From positions 9,860-73,859 of the forward strand of contig DBGCPK010000010.1 of NCBI GenBank assembly GCA_048359995.1: DNA of 64,000 nt, written 5' to 3'. Positions 59,191 through 64,000 of the stretch are shown here, piece after piece. Position 1 is the first letter of the stretch, and every line of letters starts with the position of its first letter. The position numbers were made by a program, and so were the translations under genes. Source of the stretch: Bacilli bacterium. GTDB lineage: Bacteria > Bacillota_I > Bacilli_A > RFN20 > CAG-449. The notes beneath the pieces are model-generated. The model saw only the letters and a list, made by a program, of their open reading frames with translations. It was not told the origin of the DNA and ran no database searches.

Positions 59191-60165
59191 ATGAAAAAAT
59201 TGATCATTAGTTTTTCAGCTAGAAAAAAAGGTAATAGTGACGAAATTGCCGAATATCTGGCTTCAGAAGAAGACAAAATCATCTATTTTAAAGATATGAA
59301 TGTACATAACTGTAAAAATTGCGATTATGAATGTTTTTCTGATTATTGCAAATATCAGAATGATGACATATGTAATTTATATGAAGAGATGAATAATTAT
59401 CAAAAAATAGTTTTAATAGTACCTATGTATTGCGGCAATCCGCCCTCTTTGTATTTTACTTTTAATGAAAGATGTCAAGATTACTTCGTGCATAATGAAG
59501 ATAAATATGAAAACATAATAAAAAGATTATTTATAATAGGTATCTATGGCGATGATAAACAATCTCCGGATTTCATTTCTTGTTTAGAAAAGTGGTTTAA
59601 TGGTTCAAAATATTCTAATCATGTGTTGGGTATTGAAAGACATCGCTATCATCTGAAAGAAAAAGATTCAATTTTAAATTCGGATATTAAAGCATTGATC
59701 AGCGAATTTATAAATCCTAAGAACGCTAAAATTGAAAAAAGTGCGATGGCGGTTGTAATATGTAAGGATAAAATTTTGACAACAAATGAAATAATTTATG
59801 GAAACGAAAGAATATCATTGCCAAAGGGACATATAGAGAAAAACGAGACATCAATAGAAGCCGCTATTAGGGAATGCTATGAAGAAACAAATATAGTAAT
59901 TAGTAAAACGAATTTAATTAAAGAATTAAACTCGTATACGTATGAATTTTTGACACCTTCAAACAAATTGATTAGGAAGACATTATTGCCATATTTATTT
60001 GTAGTGAATGATTTTGGTGATCCGTTGCCTAAAGAAGAAAGAATTAAATCAGTACATTGGATGAACGTGGAGAAATTTTTATCGCTGTGCCCTTATGACA
60101 ACGTTAAGAGTATTGTTAATGATATTTTAAATCCCGATGTAAAAATCAACGTAAAAAACGATTAA
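59191..60165 (+). CDS. Fusion of a flavodoxin-like/FMN-reductase-type domain and a Nudix hydrolase domain
   Basis: N-terminus KLIISFSARKKGNSD..CKNCDYEC..VLIVPMYCG (iron-sulfur-flavoprotein-like). C-terminal Nudix box GHIEKNETSIEAAIRECYEETNI (GX5EX7REUXEEXGU, with N at the G position). Confidence 0.7.
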   Translation: MKKLIISFSARKKGNSDEIAEYLASEEDKIIYFKDMNVHNCKNCDYECFSDYCKYQNDDICNLYEEMNNYQKIVLIVPMYCGNPPSLYFTFNERCQDYFVHNEDKYENIIKRLFIIGIYGDDKQSPDFISCLEKWFNGSKYSNHVLGIERHRYHLKEKDSILNSDIKALISEFINPKNAKIEKSAMAVVICKDKILTTNEIIYGNERISLPKGHIEKNETSIEAAIRECYEETNIVISKTNLIKELNSYTYEFLTPSNKLIRKTLLPYLFVVNDFGDPLPKEERIKSVHWMNVEKFLSLCPYDNVKSIVNDILNPDVKINVKND

Positions 60166-60769
60166 AGTTTTATGCAATAGTAGTATGATGGAATGAAATC
60201 AATAAATCTTTTGAGTTGGTTGTTAAATGTATAGTTCAGTGAAATAAAATTTGGAAAGAATAAGTTTTTAGAGGTAACTGATGAAAATTGCAATTTATTG
60301 TAACATAACAAAGATGCTCTTGAAATTGAACCCTATGCAATCATACGCTTTTGTATTTAAATATACGCGTTCGTACACTTCAATTTGAGTACTTATGCAA
60401 TTCAAGCACACATCCTTAGACTTCAAAAGTTTAACAGATTGGTTAATCACCCATTTTATAGCTTTTTTTAGTCGATTTTAGTTTTTTCGTTGCTTAGAAA
60501 TATTTCAGTTTGAACTTCAAAATACAAGAAAAATATTAAGTGTATTCAAAAATGAGCTAATTTAAGTTTTAACAATCAAAGAGAGTATCACCCTTTCGTT
60601 AAAGGAAAACTTTTTTATGACAAGGAATCAAAAGAAAGAAGCAGAAAAATTTTATGAGGAAGAAGAAATATCCTATGAAGGTTTTTGACGGATACTATTG
60701 TCAATTAGATTTCTGTTTTCGATTTTACTTTGTCACTTAAAAACTGATAAAAATTTTTTCAAAAAGACT

Positions 60770-60801
60770 TGACTAAATAAATACGGGGGGGGGGGTATTA
60801 T
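60770..60801 (+). promoter_or_regulatory. Candidate sigma-70-type promoter with a G11 tract inside the spacer
   Basis: TTGACT (60770-60775), 20-nt spacer ending in G11 (60785-60795), TATTAT (60796-60801). GAAGGAGG at 60823-60830 and ATG at 60836. Confidence 0.5.
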
Positions 60802-60835
60802 ATGCTCATAAATAAACTATTTGAAGGAGGTAATT

Positions 60836-61177
60836 ATGAAAAGAACAAGTAGTTTTGTCCCGTTGATTTTGGGGATAATTGGTGGCGTTTTTGCAATTAT
60901 TGGTGGATCATGTGCCGCATTCTTATCTGATTTTGCAAATGCCGTAGGGGAAAGCAGCTACTTGATTTGGGGATATCTTTCCTTGGCCTCAGGAATTCTT
61001 GGTCTTATAGGAGGGTGCATTTCAAGAAAAACAGGATTAGGATCGATAATTATGATTTTATCGGCAGTTATATCGATTATTTGCTTAGTTTTCCTAGGAG
61101 CGATATGGACAATTATTGTTGGAATTGTATTATTTGCTATTGGCGGTGTTACAGGCATTATTAAGCGTGAAGAATAA
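60836..61177 (+). CDS. Small Gly-rich multi-TM membrane protein (DUF4064-like)
   Basis: 113 aa. Hydrophobic G/I/L-rich segments. Strong RBS. Confidence 0.55.
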   Translation: MKRTSSFVPLILGIIGGVFAIIGGSCAAFLSDFANAVGESSYLIWGYLSLASGILGLIGGCISRKTGLGSIIMILSAVISIICLVFLGAIWTIIVGIVLFAIGGVTGIIKREE

Positions 61178-61189
61178 GGCACTGTTTGG

Positions 61190-61216
61190 CTGAGTTGGTA
61201 TGAGCAACTCAGTTTT
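61190..61216 (+). terminator. Candidate intrinsic terminator
   Basis: ctgagttg / gtatgag / caactcag, then TTTT. Confidence 0.5.
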
Positions 61217-61231
61217 AAATTGGAATTTAAA

Positions 61232-62032
61232 ATGCTAAAAACAATAAATATTTTTGGACAAACAATAAGCAGTTACGCTTTATTTATTTGTTTGGGATTT
61301 CTTGCCGCAATATTTATTTTATTGTTCGAAATCAAAAAATATAAATTAAACCTATTTCATTGGGATAATTTTTTTTGTTTATTGCCAGTGTTGATTATTG
61401 GTGGTTTTCTTGGAGCTGCGCTATTCGATAAAATTGCCCACTTCAATGAAAGAAAATTATTTGAATTTGCAGGATTATCTTTTGCAGGAGGATTAATAAC
61501 AGCTCTTTTTCTTTATCTGTTTTTTTATCCAATCATTGTTTCAAAAAGTAAAAAAGAAATGCTGGAAGATATAAATTTTTTGGTATGTCCTTTTCTTATT
61601 GCTCATTTCTTTGGAAGAATTGGATGTTTTATGGCTGGGTGTTGCTATGGTAAACCGACCGATTCTATTATTGGTGTTACATTTCCAGAAGGATCATTGC
61701 AGAATATACAATATGGTTATGTTACTAAAGTATTTCCTACGCAATTGTTTGAAGCAGCATTTCTTTTCTTCTTGTTTTTGATATTCATTTTTTTAAAAAA
61801 AGTAAGGAATCATAAGATTGATTTATATTTAATTTTATATGGCATCTTTCGTTTCTTTATTGAATTTATACGTGGTGATAATCGTGGTGCATACTTTTTG
61901 CTTTTATCCCCTTCACAATGGATGTCTATTTTATTTGTCATTTTGGGGACTTTGTTATTGCTATGGAAAATAAAAAATGATGGCGATAAAATTCACCAAA
62001 TTTACAGTGAGAAAAAAACAATTGTTGAATAA
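61232..62032 (+). CDS. lgt: Prolipoprotein diacylglyceryl transferase
   Basis: Multi-TM protein with HFFGRIGCFMAGCCYGKPT, and FPTQLFEA downstream. Confidence 0.75.
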   Translation: MLKTINIFGQTISSYALFICLGFLAAIFILLFEIKKYKLNLFHWDNFFCLLPVLIIGGFLGAALFDKIAHFNERKLFEFAGLSFAGGLITALFLYLFFYPIIVSKSKKEMLEDINFLVCPFLIAHFFGRIGCFMAGCCYGKPTDSIIGVTFPEGSLQNIQYGYVTKVFPTQLFEAAFLFFLFLIFIFLKKVRNHKIDLYLILYGIFRFFIEFIRGDNRGAYFLLLSPSQWMSILFVILGTLLLLWKIKNDGDKIHQIYSEKKTIVE

Positions 62033-62703
62033 TATTGAGCATTATAAATATCATAGTTGTAGAATGATTAAATTCATCTCATTAATCATAGCAATAATGT
62101 TCCACGTTTTTGTGGTCATTTGTACCCAGTGCAAAGCACACGTCTTCCTATGATTACGATAGAAATAATGTATGGAAAAATTTACAATGCACATTGCCTT
62201 ATGTCGTTGTGGTGCAATAACAACTCAAGATATTGCTATTTCTTAGTGGAACTTTTACTTGTGGAAATTCCGATTTTCTTTTTATGTCGAGGCGGGAAAA
62301 TCAAATATAACTTTACTAAAAGCGGATAGAATCTTAGAAGAACGAAGTATGAACGCTTTATAGATCAGATGCTTTCCGAAAACATACACCCCAAGTCTTC
62401 GATACCGCATCGTTGAGATTACGAAATACCTAAAAAAGAATTGAGATTTTCAGCATGACCCTATGTAAAAAGAAATAATGCCCAATTCAAAAAGGCAGAC
62501 ATACTTTCAATTTGGAAAAGAATCTTATAGCCGATGCCGTTGCTTTCGTGCAAAGAAAGGCTTTTCTATGCGGAAATCGGCTATGCAAAGAAACTCGTCG
62601 AAAAATCGATGAGAGGAGAGAAAAATGCAAAAATTGTTTCAAATATAAAGAGGAACAAAAACATTTTGTGTATAATATCTATGCTCAAACAGAGGTGCAG
62701 TAA

Positions 62704-64000
62704 ATGAAGAAATTTCTGAAGTTGTTAATGAGCCGGATCGTGCTTGTGTTTCTTGCCATTTTATTGCAAGTTTTGTTTTTGCTTGGAATCTACCTGATTC
62801 CGTATTATTTATTCAGTCAAAAATTCTATTATTTTTCCAGTGCGGTGAACTTGATTGTCAGCATTATGGCGGTGATCGTCGCGATATTCATCATCAACAA
62901 AGAGCAACCGGAATCGTTTAAACTTCCTTGGGTGGTAATCTTACTGCTCGCACCGATCGTCGGACTTTTCATTTTTATGCTTTTCGGCAGAAAGCCTTTA
63001 TCGAAAAAGCAGATTCGGCGTCGAGAAAAAATACGAGAAGAGGTGCGAGGAAAAGTTTCGGAAGATGAAAACGTCGTTGAGAAAGTCAGACTGGCGAATT
63101 TGGACGCTTACGGGCAAAGCCGTTACATTAAAACGAGTTCAATGATGCCTTTATACGACAATACCGATACGAAATATCATTCTTCCGGCGAAGAATTTTA
63201 CGAAGAGTTGATGATCAGGGTAGGTATGGCCGAGAAATATATCTTTTTGGAATATTTTATCGTTGCCGAAGGAAAAATGTTGGACGGTCTGCTCGATCTG
63301 CTCTATCAGAAGATCGACGAAGGGATTAAAGCCTACTTGATCATCGACGATTTGGGATCAATGGGAAAGATATCTTCGGTAAAACTTCACGAAATCCGGA
63401 GTAAAGGGGTCCACTTGGCAATGTTCAATCCGATGATTCCGGTCGTTTCCGCCATACACAATAACCGCGATCATCGAAAAATTATGGTCGTCGACGGAAA
63501 ATATGGTATGGTCGGCGGAGTGAATATCGGAGATGAATACATCAATCTCGAACACCCTTACGGGCACTGGAAGGACACTGCGGTGAGTATCAAAGGCCAA
63601 GGAGTCTGCTCTTTGATTGCGATGTTTATCGAAAACTACAATGTATCCTGCCATAAAGGCGAAGAACTCTCTTTTGAAGACTTCTTAGCCGACTGCGATG
63701 TGGAAAGTCGGGGATTTGTTCAACCATTCTGCGATGGCCCTGAACCATTGGATCATTATCACGTGGGCGAAGATGTGTATTCCAATCTGATTTGTACTGC
63801 GAAAAAGAGCATTTGGATCACTACTCCGTATTTAATCGTCTCCTACGATTTCCTTCAAAAACTCTGCATTGCCAGCGAAAGAAACGTCGATGTCCGAATC
63901 ATCACTCCTTACATCGCCGATAAAAAAATCGTCAACATTTTGACTAAGGGAAATTACGAAATGCTGATTAAGCACGGAGTGAAAATCTATGAGTACAAAC
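62704..64000 (+). CDS. cls: Cardiolipin synthase, 3'-truncated by the window end (absent from the ORF track)
   Basis: ATG at 62704. Two N-terminal TMs. First HKD motif NNRDHRKIMVVDGKYGMVGGVNIGDEY at about 63460-63540. The frame stays open to base 64000. Confidence 0.85.
   Translation, partial: MKKFLKLLMSRIVLVFLAILLQVLFLLGIYLIPYYLFSQKFYYFSSAVNLIVSIMAVIVAIFIINKEQPESFKLPWVVILLLAPIVGLFIFMLFGRKPLSKKQIRRREKIREEVRGKVSEDENVVEKVRLANLDAYGQSRYIKTSSMMPLYDNTDTKYHSSGEEFYEELMIRVGMAEKYIFLEYFIVAEGKMLDGLLDLLYQKIDEGIKAYLIIDDLGSMGKISSVKLHEIRSKGVHLAMFNPMIPVVSAIHNNRDHRKIMVVDGKYGMVGGVNIGDEYINLEHPYGHWKDTAVSIKGQGVCSLIAMFIENYNVSCHKGEELSFEDFLADCDVESRGFVQPFCDGPEPLDHYHVGEDVYSNLICTAKKSIWITTPYLIVSYDFLQKLCIASERNVDVRIITPYIADKKIVNILTKGNYEMLIKHGVKIYEYK

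Noticed and set aside
62120-62703. Small ORFs 62120..62329 and 62512..62703
   Set aside because: They use non-ATG starts, lack an RBS and have odd composition. They lie in the transition zone between the islet and the cls gene.

Overview
Bacterial chromosomal segment that uses the standard genetic code: TGA and TAA both end well-recognised genes. The gene content (many lipoproteins, secreted nucleases, PPi-type PFK, MEP pathway, Firmicutes-like EF-Tu) suggests a Firmicutes or Mollicutes-related lineage such as Erysipelotrichia or Acholeplasma; this taxonomic call is low confidence. The window is a mosaic. (1) 1 to ~13.5 kb is a very AT-rich accessory island; one 60-nt line at 5281 has 12/60 G+C. 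It carries a Fic protein, IS21 debris, one intact and one decayed AAA/DUF4143 ATPase, and a complete four-gene Wadjet-like operon (JetABCD: SMC/Mks-type complex plus a Toprim nuclease) flanked by truncated genes. (2) ~13.5 to 58.2 kb is higher-GC core; the line at 24001 has 30/60 G+C. It holds zupT, gpsA, an sdaA broken by an in-frame TAA, ppa, a CotH lipoprotein, the str operon (rpsL-rpsG-fusA-tuf) and an RDD / fused ABC-FtsX / RDD cluster. It also holds a sugar-type ABC importer co-transcribed with two SNase lipoproteins and a large OB-fold-like lipoprotein, which I read as a candidate extracellular-DNA capture, degradation and import locus. The remaining core genes are udk, tRNA-Lys with a decayed integrase islet, DUF89, MATE, ispH-uppS, dxs, a flavodiiron protein, uvrA, pfp and dut. 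(3) After tRNA-Leu (58.2 to ~62.3 kb) lies a second AT-rich islet. It contains an IS66 stub, a Fic remnant that has lost its catalytic core, a flavodoxin-like/Nudix fusion, a small membrane protein behind a promoter containing a G11 tract (candidate phase switch), and lgt. (4) A 3'-truncated cardiolipin synthase gene, not in the ORF track, runs off the window end. No CRISPR array, rRNA or intact prophage was seen. All family calls rest on motifs read by eye; no searches were run.
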